Source: an uncultured Pseudonocardia sp.
GTDB taxonomy: Bacteria; Actinomycetota; Actinomycetes; Mycobacteriales; Pseudonocardiaceae
Length of the DNA stretch: 62,014 nt
Assembly (NCBI GenBank): GCA_964247105.1
Contig: CAXTTN010000003.1
Coordinates: 1-62,014, forward strand
Reading direction: 5' to 3'
Program-made: the position numbers and the translations under genes
Notes under the pieces: generated by a model
Databases searched by the model: none
Told to the model about the DNA's origin: nothing
What the model saw: only the letters and a program-made list of their open reading frames with translations
Shown: in pieces, positions 38,222 to 48,416 of the stretch
How positions within the stretch are numbered: position 1 is the stretch's first letter
Layout: each line of letters opens with the position of its first letter

Positions 38222-38946
38222 GACCCGGTCCCGGCGCCCAGGCGCACGGCGGCGCGCAACAGGACCGGCTCGTAGGCGGGCCACAGCCGTCCGATGACCG
38301 ACAACGCGGTGCCCGCGAGGTGCAGCGCCACCAGCCTGCCCGCACGATCGCCGTCCCCTGCGCGCGCCGCGCGCAAGAGGTCGTGATGGTCCAAGGCGCC
38401 GACCGCGAGGGCGTGCTGCCCACCCGCGAGGTGGATCCGTCGGTAGCGGGCGCTGTGGTCCTGGAGTCGGTTGACATCGTCGAGCACGGTCTTCCCGGCT
38501 CCGGCCGAGAGCACCGCGTGGAAGGCGCGGTGCAGCCGCTCCCACTCGTCCCAGTCGTGCGGACCGGACTCGGCCAGCTGGTCCTGCAGGTGCACGAGCA
38601 GGGCGATCTGCTCCTCCGACAGGCTGGGTACCGTCACGCGCACGGCCAATGACTCGGCCAGCACGCGCAGGGCGTAGATCTGCTCCATGTCCTCCACCGA
38701 GATGGAGGCGACCCGCACCTGACGGCCGGGCTCGGCGTGGACGAGGCCCTCGCGTTCGAGCATCCGCAACGCCTCGCGGACCGGCCCGCGGCTGACCCCG
38801 AGGGTCCGGGCGAGCTCGACCTGCGACAGCGGAGCGCCCGCGTCGACCAACCCGTCCAGGATCCAGCCGCGTACGACGTCGTGGACGGCGTGGCTGCGGT
38901 CGACAGGGCCGCTGCCCTCGGTCGCACCGCCTTCGACCAGACTCAT
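38218..38946 (-). CDS. GntR (FCD) family regulator
   Basis: ELARTLGVSRGPVREALRMLEREGLV; FH. Confidence 0.9.
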   Translation of the reverse strand: MSLVEGGATEGSGPVDRSHAVHDVVRGWILDGLVDAGAPLSQVELARTLGVSRGPVREALRMLEREGLVHAEPGRQVRVASISVEDMEQIYALRVLAESLAVRVTVPSLSEEQIALLVHLQDQLAESGPHDWDEWERLHRAFHAVLSAGAGKTVLDDVNRLQDHSARYRRIHLAGGQHALAVGALDHHDLLRAARAGDGDRAGRLVALHLAGTALSVIGRLWPAYEPVLLRAAVRLGAGTGS

Positions 38947-39878
38947 CGGGCGCCGTCGTGCCCCGTCGCGGCGACGAAGCGGTTGCCGATCCGGCCGATC
39001 CGCTCCACCTCCACCTCCACGACGTCGCCGTCGGTGAGGAAGCGCGGCGGCCGCATGCGTGAGCCGACCCCCGCGGGCGTTCCGGTGGCCACCACGTCCC
39101 CCGGTTCGAGGGTCATGACGCTGCTGATGAACGCCAGCTGCCGTGCGACGCCGAAGACCATGTCGCGGGTGCTGCCGTCCTGGACCAGACCGCCGTTGAC
39201 CCAGGTCCGCACGCGGAGGTCGTCGGGATCGGGCACCTCGTCGGCGGTGACGAGAGCAGGCCCGCACGGCGCGAAGCCGTCGAAGGTCTTGCCCGCGAGC
39301 CACTGCCCGGTCTGCGCCTGCAGGTCGCGGGCACTCACGTCGTTCATGACGGTGTAGCCGGCCACGCACGTGAGGGCGGTCTCCGGGGTCAGCGACCGCG
39401 CGCGCGTCCCGATGACGACGGCGAGCTCGCCCTCGTAGTCCACCTGGCTCGTCAGCGCGGGCGCGGGGAGCACGACGTCGTCCTGCGGACCGGCGAGCGC
39501 GTTGCGGTACTTTGCGAACAGCAGCGGGGCCTCCGGCACCGGCAGGCCCGCCTCGGCCGCGTGATCGCGGTAGTTGAGGCCGAGGCAGACGATCTTGTCG
39601 GGGTCCGGGACCGGCGGACCCACCACGACGCCCGCCGCGTCGAGCAGCGTCTCGGGGTTGTCGGTGACGGTCTTGTCCACGGCGACCGCGACGGCGGCGA
39701 CACCGCCTGGACCGAGCCTCAGCACGTCGCGCACGGTCGCGACGGGCGTGCCGTCGGAGGTGGTCAGTCCGAGGCGCCTGACGTCGACGATCTGCGGCGC
39801 GCCCGACGAAGGATCCTCGACGATGACGCCTGCGCGCAGCCCCCGCTCTTCGCCCTGCTTGAAGCTGATGATCTTCAC
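38943..39878 (-). CDS. Fumarylacetoacetate hydrolase family protein
   Basis: CLGLNYRDH, DYEGEL, NDVSARD, GKTFD, TGTPAGVG. Confidence 0.93.
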   Translation of the reverse strand: MKIISFKQGEERGLRAGVIVEDPSSGAPQIVDVRRLGLTTSDGTPVATVRDVLRLGPGGVAAVAVAVDKTVTDNPETLLDAAGVVVGPPVPDPDKIVCLGLNYRDHAAEAGLPVPEAPLLFAKYRNALAGPQDDVVLPAPALTSQVDYEGELAVVIGTRARSLTPETALTCVAGYTVMNDVSARDLQAQTGQWLAGKTFDGFAPCGPALVTADEVPDPDDLRVRTWVNGGLVQDGSTRDMVFGVARQLAFISSVMTLEPGDVVATGTPAGVGSRMRPPRFLTDGDVVEVEVERIGRIGNRFVAATGHDGAR

Positions 39879-40102
39879 GAGTGCACCCACTGCCTCCGGA
39901 GTCGGTCGGGGTGTCAACAGTCGCGATCTCGATCCCGTCCGTCATCGTCCCGAGAGCCCGAATCACGGCGCACAAACGGTCTCGGGAGACATTGAGGTGG
40001 GCCGTGTGCCTTCCTACCGTGTCGACACCCGACTTCCCGGGCTGCGTCCTCACCTCCGCACGGGCGGAGGGCATCCGCACGGGCGCCTTGATCGGAGGAG
40101 AC

Positions 40103-41230
40103 ATGCGTGGTCTTTCGGCACGGCACTGTCGCCGTGTGTTGGGGCTCGGCGTCGCCGCCGTCCTCGTCGCAGGATGCGGCAGTGGACAGGCGAACCCGGG
40201 CGGGCCCGCCGGGACCGCCGCGGCCAACCCGACGGCAGGCTTCACCGTCGGCATGGTGTCGGTCACCAACTGCGGCAATCCGACGATCTGCGCGGTGACC
40301 CAGGGCTTCCGCGCCGAGGTCGAGGCGCGCGGCGGCCGAGCCGTCGTCCTCGAGTGGGACGGGCAGGGGAGTCCGGTCGACGCGGCCATCCGTGAGATGG
40401 ACCAGCTGATCGCGCAACGGGTGAACGCCATCGCACTGTGGCCCGTCGACGCCAACGCCCTCAAGGCGCCCACCGAACGCGCCTACCGCGCAGGCATCCC
40501 GGTGGTCGCGTTCGACGACTTCGCCGTGGACACCCAGGGCGTGGTCGCGCTCGTCACCCAGGGCCGCGCGCTGCAGGCGCAGCAGGCCGCGCAGGTCTTC
40601 TGCGACCGGCTCCCGCGGGGCAGCACCGTGCTGTACGGCGGCTACGCGCTGCCCATCCCCAGCCTGGAGTTCCTGGCCAAGCAGTTCTCCGCCAGCCTCG
40701 CGGCATGCAGTGCCGGGTCGATCACGATCGCGCAGACCTACCTCAACAAGACCGACGACGTCGCCGGTGCGCTCACCTCGGCGCGGCCCGCGCTGCAGGC
40801 CAACCCGGCCGTGCGTGGCATCGCGTCCTACAACGACCCGACCAGCATCGGGGGTGCCCAGGCCGCGATCGCTCTCGGAGCCCGCGACAAGCTGCTCGTC
40901 CTGGGCTACAACACCGCGCCGGACGGGGTCGCGGCGCTGTCCGACGGCAGGCTGGACTACTCCTGGGACTACCAGCCCGTGGTCGGCGGGCAGATCCTCG
41001 CGCGCACCGCTGTCGACTACGTCACCGGGACGCAGAAGGCCCCGCCGAAGGTCGCGGTCGTCTGGCCCCGCTGCTACAACCGCGCGACGATCGCGAAGCG
41101 CCCGTCCTGGGACGACCAGGTGCGCTCGGTGCGCAAGGGGACCGACCTGGGCGGCACCGTCGGTGCGTTCGTCACCACCGGGGACGCCGTGCCCCCGCCG
41201 CCGGCCGATCTTCCCGGGTGCCCGGCATGA
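40103..41230 (+). CDS. Sugar-type ABC substrate-binding lipoprotein
   Basis: Lipobox LVAGC; RbsB-like GIPVVAFD and ND motifs; GGAGG RBS. Confidence 0.85.
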   Translation: MRGLSARHCRRVLGLGVAAVLVAGCGSGQANPGGPAGTAAANPTAGFTVGMVSVTNCGNPTICAVTQGFRAEVEARGGRAVVLEWDGQGSPVDAAIREMDQLIAQRVNAIALWPVDANALKAPTERAYRAGIPVVAFDDFAVDTQGVVALVTQGRALQAQQAAQVFCDRLPRGSTVLYGGYALPIPSLEFLAKQFSASLAACSAGSITIAQTYLNKTDDVAGALTSARPALQANPAVRGIASYNDPTSIGGAQAAIALGARDKLLVLGYNTAPDGVAALSDGRLDYSWDYQPVVGGQILARTAVDYVTGTQKAPPKVAVVWPRCYNRATIAKRPSWDDQVRSVRKGTDLGGTVGAFVTTGDAVPPPPADLPGCPA

Positions 41231-42759
41231 CGGGGACCGTCGTGGCCGGTGCTCCGGGCGCACCGGTCCTCGCCGTACGTGGCGTGCACAAGCGCTTCGG
41301 CGGCGTACACGCCCTGCGCGGCGTCGACCTCGACGTGCGGGCGGGCGAGGTGATCGGGCTCGTCGGGGAGAACGGCTCGGGCAAGTCGACACTGGCGCGG
41401 TTGATGGCGGGCGCCGCCGCGGCCGACACGGGCAGCCTGTCGGTCCGCGGCCGGGACGTCCGCTGGCGCGGCGCGGCCGACGCCCTGCGCGACGGCGTCG
41501 CCCTCGTCGCCCAGGAGGTCATCGGTGTGCCGACCGTGTCGGTCACCGAGAACCTCCTCACCGGGCGCCTGCCGCTGCGTCACGGCCGGATCTCCTGGTC
41601 CGCCGCCCACGAGACGGCCGCGCGTGTCCTCGCCGACTACGGCGTCGGCGTCGACCCCCGCGAGCGCTTCGGGTCGCTCTCGCTGCAGCAGCGGCAGCTC
41701 GTCGCGGTCGCCTCCGCCGTCGCCCGCACACCCGGGGTGCTCCTCCTCGACGAGCCGACCAGCTCGTTGACCGACGAGCAGGCCGAGCTCGTGCTCGGGC
41801 GGGCGCGCGGGCTCGCCGACAGCGGCAGCGCGGTCGTGCTCGTGACGCACCGGCTCGGCGAGTACCTCGCCTGGTGCGACCGCCTCGTCGTGCTCCGCGA
41901 CGGCACGGTGAGCGCGGTCATGGACGCGGTGGACGCAACGGAGGAACTGCTCGTCCGCTCGATGGTCGGGCGCGACCTCCCGGCGCTGTTCACCCACCGC
42001 CCGCGCCCGCGGGTGTCGCGGGACGGGCGCCGCCTGGCCCTGCACGACGTGTCGTCCGGCCGGCTGCGCGAGGTGTCGCTGCACGTCGACGCCGGCGAGG
42101 TCGTCGGGATCGCCGGTCGCGCCGGGTCGGGCCGCTCCACGCTGGCCCGCACGTTCGTCGGCCTCGAGCCCTACACCGGTGAGATCCGGCTCGACGGCCG
42201 CCGGATCCGGCCGAGGAACCCCCGCGCCGCCATGCAGCACGGGGTCGTGCTCGTGCCCGAGGACCGCAAGGCGCAGGGCCTGGTGCTCTCGGGAACCGTG
42301 CACGACAACCTCAACCTCGCCGTCCACCGCTCCGACGGACGCTTCGGCGTCCGATCCCGCCGGGCCGAGACCCGGCGGGCCCGCCACTGGGCGGAGCGCC
42401 TGCGCATCAGGACCCCGTCGCTGCAGGCCGCAGCGGCCCAGCTCTCGGGCGGCAACCAGCAGAAGGTCGTCTTCGGCAAATGCCTCGCGGTCGCGCCCCG
42501 CTACCTCGTCCTCGACGAACCGACGCGGGGCGTCGACGTCGGTGCCAAGGCCGAGCTGTACGAGGCGGTGGAGGAGGTCGCCGCCGCAGGCACCGGTGTC
42601 ATCGTGGTCTCCTCCGAGCTGCCCGAGCTCCTGCGACTCTGCGACCGCGTCGTCGTGCTGCGGGACGGTCGCGTCGCCGCCGAGATCGACCGTGCCGACA
42701 TCACCGAGGAGCGGACCGCCCGGGTGGCGTTCGCCGAGGAAGGGCAGGCCACCCGATGA
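41227..42759 (+). CDS. Sugar-type ABC ATP-binding protein (RbsA-like)
   Basis: GENGSGKS, LDEPT, LSGGNQQK, DEPTRGVD. Confidence 0.93.
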   Translation: MTGTVVAGAPGAPVLAVRGVHKRFGGVHALRGVDLDVRAGEVIGLVGENGSGKSTLARLMAGAAAADTGSLSVRGRDVRWRGAADALRDGVALVAQEVIGVPTVSVTENLLTGRLPLRHGRISWSAAHETAARVLADYGVGVDPRERFGSLSLQQRQLVAVASAVARTPGVLLLDEPTSSLTDEQAELVLGRARGLADSGSAVVLVTHRLGEYLAWCDRLVVLRDGTVSAVMDAVDATEELLVRSMVGRDLPALFTHRPRPRVSRDGRRLALHDVSSGRLREVSLHVDAGEVVGIAGRAGSGRSTLARTFVGLEPYTGEIRLDGRRIRPRNPRAAMQHGVVLVPEDRKAQGLVLSGTVHDNLNLAVHRSDGRFGVRSRRAETRRARHWAERLRIRTPSLQAAAAQLSGGNQQKVVFGKCLAVAPRYLVLDEPTRGVDVGAKAELYEAVEEVAAAGTGVIVVSSELPELLRLCDRVVVLRDGRVAAEIDRADITEERTARVAFAEEGQATR

Positions 42760-43793
42760 CGCTGCAGCAGCTCCGCCCCCCACCCGCCCCCGCGGCCACC
42801 GGACTCGTCCGGCGGCTTCTCGCGGGCCACGGGACGCTCGTCGCCCTCGGCGCCGTGCTGGTACTCCTCGTCGTCGTCGAGGCTCTCCGGGATCCGGCGT
42901 TCGCGACCACGACCAACCTCACCAGCATCATGCGGGCCGCGGCCGTGCCGGTGGTGCTCGCGCTGGGCATGACGATCGTGCTGCTCACCGGCGGCGTCGA
43001 CCTGTCGATCGGCTCGATGCTGGCCCTGACCGGAACGATCTACGCCACCCTCGTGACCGCCGGGACGCCCGGGCAGCTCGCGCTGCCCCTCACCGTCGTG
43101 TCGGGCGCCGTCGTCGGCTTCCTGATCAACGGCGTCCTCATCGGCGTCTACCGGGTGTCGTTCTTCGTCGTGACCCTCGGCACGCTGTCGGTGCTGCGAG
43201 GGGTGGTCTACTTCTGGACCGATTCGCGGACCGTCGACATGTACGCGGACCGGGTGTCCTCGTGGTTGGGCAACGACGTGGTGGCGGACGGGCTCGTCCC
43301 CGTGGGGCTCGTCGCGGCCCTCGCGCTCGGCGTCGTGCTGCACCTCGTGCTGAGGTACACGACGTACGGCAGGTCGCTCTACGCCGTCGGCGGCAACCGG
43401 GAGGCCGCCGAGCTCTCCGGTGTGCGGGCCGGATGGGTCGTCGCCAGCGCCTACGCCGTGAGCGGCGCGGCGGCGGGTCTCGCGGCCGTCCTCACCATCG
43501 GGGGCGCCACGATCGCCGACCCGAACATGGGCAGCGGAGCGGAGCTCCAGGCCGTGGCCGCGGCGCTGCTCGGCGGTGTCGCGCTCTCCGGGGGCGCGGG
43601 ATCGGTGTGGGGAGCGCTGCTGGGCGTCGCGTTCTTCGAGGTCATGTCCAACGCGCTCGCGCTCGCGGGCGCCTCCGCGGCGTGGCAGCTCATCGTCACC
43701 GGCTCGGTGCTGGTCATCGCCATCACCGTCGACCGCGCCCGCCAGGGCGCGCGGCGTCGCCGCCGGCCCGACCAGCCCCGGGCGTCGCGGTGA
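42756..43793 (+). CDS. Sugar-type ABC permease (RbsC-like)
   Basis: GGVDLSIG, GRSLYAVGGN.EAA.LSG. Confidence 0.92.
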   Translation: MTLQQLRPPPAPAATGLVRRLLAGHGTLVALGAVLVLLVVVEALRDPAFATTTNLTSIMRAAAVPVVLALGMTIVLLTGGVDLSIGSMLALTGTIYATLVTAGTPGQLALPLTVVSGAVVGFLINGVLIGVYRVSFFVVTLGTLSVLRGVVYFWTDSRTVDMYADRVSSWLGNDVVADGLVPVGLVAALALGVVLHLVLRYTTYGRSLYAVGGNREAAELSGVRAGWVVASAYAVSGAAAGLAAVLTIGGATIADPNMGSGAELQAVAAALLGGVALSGGAGSVWGALLGVAFFEVMSNALALAGASAAWQLIVTGSVLVIAITVDRARQGARRRRRPDQPRASR

Positions 43794-45121
43794 CCGCGCC
43801 GGGACCGCGCCTGCTGCTCGCGGGCGGGACCGTGCTCACGATGGACGCCGAGCAGGGCGATCTCGGGGTCGGTGACGTCCTCGTCGTCGACGACCGGATC
43901 GCGGCCGTCGGGGCCGACCTGGGCGTCGAGGCGGCCGTCCCGGGCACGGAGGTGCTCGACGTCTCCGGGCAGATCGTGCTGCCGGGCCTGCAGGACACCC
44001 ACCGGCACTGCTGGCAGACCTCGTTGCGCCGCACGCTGCCCGACGCGGGCATCGACGAGTACTTCGACAGGGTGCACCGCCGGATCGGTCCGGTCTGCAG
44101 CCCCGACGACCTGCACGTCGGGACGCTGCTGGGCCTGCTGGGTGCGATCGACAGCGGGGTCACCACCGTGCTGGACTTCGCCCACAACTGCCGCTCCGAC
44201 GAGCACGCCGACGCCGTTCTGCAGGCCCACGCCGCGTCGGGTGCGCGCTCGGTGTTCGCCTACGGGCCGCCGCTGCACGGGACCTGGGCGGGACAGTGGC
44301 CCGCGGACGTGGCGCGGCTGCGGGATGCGGCAGGCGGCGGTCGGACCAGCGTCAGCATGGCGGTGCTGGGCGACGACGGCACGGCAGGCGCCGATTTCGC
44401 TCTGTCGGAACGCACGCTCGCGCAGGCTCGCGAGATGGGTGTCCCCGTCGTCGCCGACGCCGTGATCGGGTCGGCGCCCAGCCAGGTGCTCGTCGGCCTC
44501 GACAAGGCAGGCCTCCTCGGACCGGACGTCACCGCCATCCACGCCACCGCCCTGACCGACGACGCGTGGGCGGCGATCGCGGGTGCAGGCGTCCGGGTCG
44601 CGCTGTGCCCGACCTCCGATGCCCAGGTCGGGCTCGCGGACGGGACGACCCCGGTGCAGCGGGCCCTCGACGAGGGTGTCGTCGCAGGCCTGAGCGTGGA
44701 CGTCGAGTGCTGCCTGAGCACCACCATGTTCGCCCAGATGCAGGCGGTGCTGACGATCCAGCGCATCGGCGCTGCCCGGGCGCGGCATGTGGGGCTCCCG
44801 CAGCCGTCACCGCTGAGGGTTCGCGATGTCCTGCGCTTGGCGACCGTCGGTGGAGCACAGGTCAACGGCCTGAAGGATGCAGGCGTGCTGAGGCCGGGCT
44901 TCCTGGCCGATCTCGTCGTGGTCGATCCGCGGGCTGTCGGCGTTGCGCCGGTCGGCGACGCCACCGCGACGATCGTGCTCGCCACCGAGACCGCACACGT
45001 CCGCCACGTGCTCGTCGGAGGTCGCTTCCGCAAGCGCGACGGGGCCCTGGTCGGAGTTGACGTCGAACAGCTGCTGCGGGCCGCAGCGCGATCGAAGGAC
45101 CGCCTGCTTGCCGCGTGGTGA
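43790..45121 (+). CDS. Amidohydrolase (SAH/MTA deaminase-like)
   Basis: PGLQDTHRH, SGVTT, LSVD, ATVGGA, ADLVV. Confidence 0.88.
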   Translation: MTAPGPRLLLAGGTVLTMDAEQGDLGVGDVLVVDDRIAAVGADLGVEAAVPGTEVLDVSGQIVLPGLQDTHRHCWQTSLRRTLPDAGIDEYFDRVHRRIGPVCSPDDLHVGTLLGLLGAIDSGVTTVLDFAHNCRSDEHADAVLQAHAASGARSVFAYGPPLHGTWAGQWPADVARLRDAAGGGRTSVSMAVLGDDGTAGADFALSERTLAQAREMGVPVVADAVIGSAPSQVLVGLDKAGLLGPDVTAIHATALTDDAWAAIAGAGVRVALCPTSDAQVGLADGTTPVQRALDEGVVAGLSVDVECCLSTTMFAQMQAVLTIQRIGAARARHVGLPQPSPLRVRDVLRLATVGGAQVNGLKDAGVLRPGFLADLVVVDPRAVGVAPVGDATATIVLATETAHVRHVLVGGRFRKRDGALVGVDVEQLLRAAARSKDRLLAAW

Positions 45122-45386
45122 GGCGGTCCGGCCGCCACCTGGCCGCGGCCGAGAACGGCGCGCAGCGCACGGGGGACCAGGCGAGCCCGGGCGGACGGAC
45201 ACCATCGCCGCCCGTCATGTGCGCACGGTCGAGGGCCGCACCCACAGGAGCTCGCGCGCATCGAGCGGGACAGGATGCAGCTGACCCGGGTCGGGTGTCT
45301 CCGCCAGGTGCGCGTTTCCAGGGTCAGATCGGGGAAGCTGATCTTGTGAACATCGGCGGAGGCACAGTGATCGGTGGCAGTACCGG

Positions 45387-45515
45387 ATCGTCGCTGGTCG
45401 TGCCGGGTACCTGCCCGGTGTCGATCCGGTGTTACCTGGCCCACCCGCGCAGCGTGTCCGCGATGATCCCGACCCGCGGGCCGATCCGTTTGACCGCCGC
45501 GTTCAACGACAACAA
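45387..45515 (-). mobile_element. IS3-family OrfA remnant
   Basis: SLNAAVKRIGPRVGIIADTLRGWAR, a stop/frameshift, then RIDTGQVPGTTSD. Confidence 0.55.
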
Positions 45516-45519
45516 GGTT

Positions 45520-46764
45520 CTACTTGCTCCCGGGCGTCAGCTTGCCAACTGCCTCAGCCACAGTCGAGGCCGTGATCTGGAACGCCAGACCATAGATGCC
45601 GAGCGCCAGCCACGAGCCCAAGTCGTCGCTGACGTCCACCGCGTCCAGATACTGGGTCTTGAGACCGGACACTGTCACGACCACGACGATCAGTGCTGTC
45701 GACAAGAGCCAGTAGTGCTCCACGAACCACGGCACCGTGCGCAGACGTGACAATTGCTGGGCTTCGGGCCGTCGCCTGATCGAGAGCTGGGCGGCCGCGA
45801 TCTCGGCGGCTTTCGCATCGTGAGGGTCGAGGATCTGCTCCAACTTGTCGAGCCGGGCCGCGGCGTCGGTGACGTCGAAGGTGGCCATGGCGTCGTCGAC
45901 GTCTTCGAGCCCGATCCGCAGTTCCTCCCAGTGGGGCTCGGTCTTCGACAGCGCGGCAAATCGGCGCTGTATGCTGCGTTGCCGGCGCCGGACCGGTATC
46001 AGGGTCGCGATCTGGTCATTGGCCATGCGGACGGCGATACCGAGGACCGATCCCAGTACGAGGAACCAGATGGCCGTGGCGAGCGGGAGGGAATCGCCGC
46101 GATCGCCGAGTACGATACGGACGCCGTGGGGGATGGTGGCGCTGTTCTCCCGGCTGACGTCCAAGTATCCGCAGTACACCCCCGGTGGCACGACCTCCGC
46201 CCCTCGTGGATTCGCTACGAAGGTTATCTTGAGTCCTGTTTGCCCGACGAGCTCGGCGGCCACGGTTACTTGAGCTGCGGGGAACTGTCCAGACGCCGAT
46301 CGCGTCGTACCGGACGAGGGGTTCTTGCCGCCATCGGCGATGCGCTGGCACGTCACGGCGTCGAGATCGCTGACGAACTCGGTCGACCTGATGGCCGGCC
46401 GTCCCGCCGGGACTGGGCCCGCGACTGAGCTCGGGTCGGCGGCCGTCTTATCGGTGCAGTTCTCCGCGACGCCGATGAAGCGACATACCGAGATGACGCT
46501 CGTCCGCGTGAGCGGGGACCGGTCAAGGGCGAACTGAATGTCGGTGGTGTTGTCCAGCGGGACAAGGGGCGGTGTGGGCCGCATCTGTTCGGCGCTCCGG
46601 ACGGTGAAGACGATGAGAGCGGCGAGCACGACCAGCAGGAAGATCGCGCCGAATGGAGGCACCCTGCTCCACGCCCGCTTCGCGGCCGCTCCGACTCTTC
46701 CCATCCGGTCCTCCCTCGATGTTCCAGGCAGTGAGTCGCGCGTAGTGACAAGCCTGTTACTCAT
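45520..46764 (-). CDS. Hypothetical membrane protein
   Basis: N-terminal TM, a Cys-containing extracytoplasmic domain, further TMs and a helical region. Start is 46764 or 46704. Confidence 0.7.
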   Translation of the reverse strand: MSNRLVTTRDSLPGTSREDRMGRVGAAAKRAWSRVPPFGAIFLLVVLAALIVFTVRSAEQMRPTPPLVPLDNTTDIQFALDRSPLTRTSVISVCRFIGVAENCTDKTAADPSSVAGPVPAGRPAIRSTEFVSDLDAVTCQRIADGGKNPSSGTTRSASGQFPAAQVTVAAELVGQTGLKITFVANPRGAEVVPPGVYCGYLDVSRENSATIPHGVRIVLGDRGDSLPLATAIWFLVLGSVLGIAVRMANDQIATLIPVRRRQRSIQRRFAALSKTEPHWEELRIGLEDVDDAMATFDVTDAAARLDKLEQILDPHDAKAAEIAAAQLSIRRRPEAQQLSRLRTVPWFVEHYWLLSTALIVVVVTVSGLKTQYLDAVDVSDDLGSWLALGIYGLAFQITASTVAEAVGKLTPGSK

Positions 46765-46965
46765 CGTCCGAGCTCGGCGGCACGGTGGGTTGCTGCTTCG
46801 GTTCCCTGGCCCCGGTTCTTCATGGGTGTGTCGGAGCCCGGATAGACGAAAATGCCCCGCTACCGGGGCAAACTGTGTTTGCCCTTACCCGCGCCACCCA
46901 ACGGCTCGGCGTCCTCCGCCGGCGCCCGCTGCCGCAGGCACCGACCGGACTCGCCGGGTTGACGG

Positions 46966-47622
46966 CTATCGGGGTCGGGGCCTCCGTCCGACGGCGGTCA
47001 GCGCACACGCCGCGCCGGCGAGTGCGAGTCCGAGCACGGCGTCGAGAGCAACGATGGGCAGCGCGACAGGCACGGTCTCCAGCGCCCGCACCGCGGTGCC
47101 GACCGGTGGCAACCACGGCGTCACCCCGGTGATCACCACGACCGTGACGGCGGCCAGCAGCGACCAGCCGATCCGCGTGATCACCGGCCGGGCGCACAGC
47201 AGGCCGACGGCCGTGCCCGCGGCGGCGGTGGCCAGATGGGCCAGGAACCCGCCCACCAGCTCGCCGGCCGAGTACGGGTAGACGTGCGTGATCACCGGCA
47301 CGAGCGGGCGGACGGTGGCCAGCGCGGCGAGCAGCATGTCCGCGGCCAGGCAGGCCAGGAGCACCCCGCGCGCGACCGCCCCCGGCCCGCCCGCGGCGGC
47401 GACGGTGACCTGGCGCTGCACCGGGTCCTCGGTGTTGGCGGTGGTGATCGCGAGCCATGCGCCGACCGCGTAGAGCGCGAGCGCCGAGGCCGGCCAGCCG
47501 CCCGGCGCAGGCCCGGGATCGCCGCCGAACAGCACGCCCAGGAGCGCGACGTAACCGAAGACCGGCACCAGGAAACGTTGGGAGCGCAGGAGGTCGTCGA
47601 GGATGTAGCGGGCGACGATCAC
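46966..47622 (-). CDS. Putative ABC permease
   Basis: About 6 TMs; GTGA-coupled to the ATPase gene. Confidence 0.7.
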   Translation of the reverse strand: MIVARYILDDLLRSQRFLVPVFGYVALLGVLFGGDPGPAPGGWPASALALYAVGAWLAITTANTEDPVQRQVTVAAAGGPGAVARGVLLACLAADMLLAALATVRPLVPVITHVYPYSAGELVGGFLAHLATAAAGTAVGLLCARPVITRIGWSLLAAVTVVVITGVTPWLPPVGTAVRALETVPVALPIVALDAVLGLALAGAACALTAVGRRPRPR

Positions 47623-48416
47623 CACAACGGCTCCACGGCGTGGATGCCGCAGCCCCACGACAGCGCCACGCGGAGCAGCTCGTCGCGCTGCGCGACGGGC
47701 ACGTGCACCGTGATCCGGTCACCCTCCACGGTCGCCGGCACGCCGGTCAGTCGCCCGACCACCGCCTGCGGGTCGCGGGCGGTCAGGGTGACCACGACGG
47801 CAGGCCCGGACACCGGGTTGCCCGGGACGAGTCGGCCGTCGACGAGGTCGAGGACATCGCGGCAGGCCAGGCCGGCGGCCGTTCCGGTGTGGTCGGTGAC
47901 CAGCACCGCCGCGCCGTCGGCGGCCGCCCTGTCGATCTGGTCGGTGACCGCCCCCGCCGCGCCGGTGTCGAGCCCGGACCACGGCTCGTCGAGCGCGAGC
48001 AGCGCGGCACCGCTGCACAGCGCCTGCGCCAGCGCCACCTTCTGCGCGTTGCCCTTCGACAGCCGCGCCATCGGAACGCCCAGCCCCCCGGTGAACCCCA
48101 GCGTCGCCAGCAGGTCGACGGCGGGTGCGGCCGCAGTCCGGTGCAGTGCGGCCATGTGCCGCAGGTAGCTCGACGCCGGCATGCGCAGCTGCGACGGGAA
48201 CCGGTCCGGGACGTAGCCGACGCGGCGCGGACGGCCGAGCACCCGCCCCGCAGTCGGCGTCGCGCAGCCCGCCGCCACCCGCAGCAGCGTCGACTTGCCC
48301 GAGCCGTTCGAACCGAGGACGACGACCGGACACCCGGGGGAGAGCCGCAGGTCCAGGTCGTGCAGTACCGGGTCGGCCCGGCCGTATCGGACCTCGATGC
48401 CGAGCAGTTCCACCAT
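47619..48416 (-). CDS. ABC ATP-binding protein
   Basis: GSNGSGKS, LSKGN, ALDEPWSGLD. Confidence 0.9.
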   Translation of the reverse strand: MVELLGIEVRYGRADPVLHDLDLRLSPGCPVVVLGSNGSGKSTLLRVAAGCATPTAGRVLGRPRRVGYVPDRFPSQLRMPASSYLRHMAALHRTAAAPAVDLLATLGFTGGLGVPMARLSKGNAQKVALAQALCSGAALLALDEPWSGLDTGAAGAVTDQIDRAAADGAAVLVTDHTGTAAGLACRDVLDLVDGRLVPGNPVSGPAVVVTLTARDPQAVVGRLTGVPATVEGDRITVHVPVAQRDELLRVALSWGCGIHAVEPLW

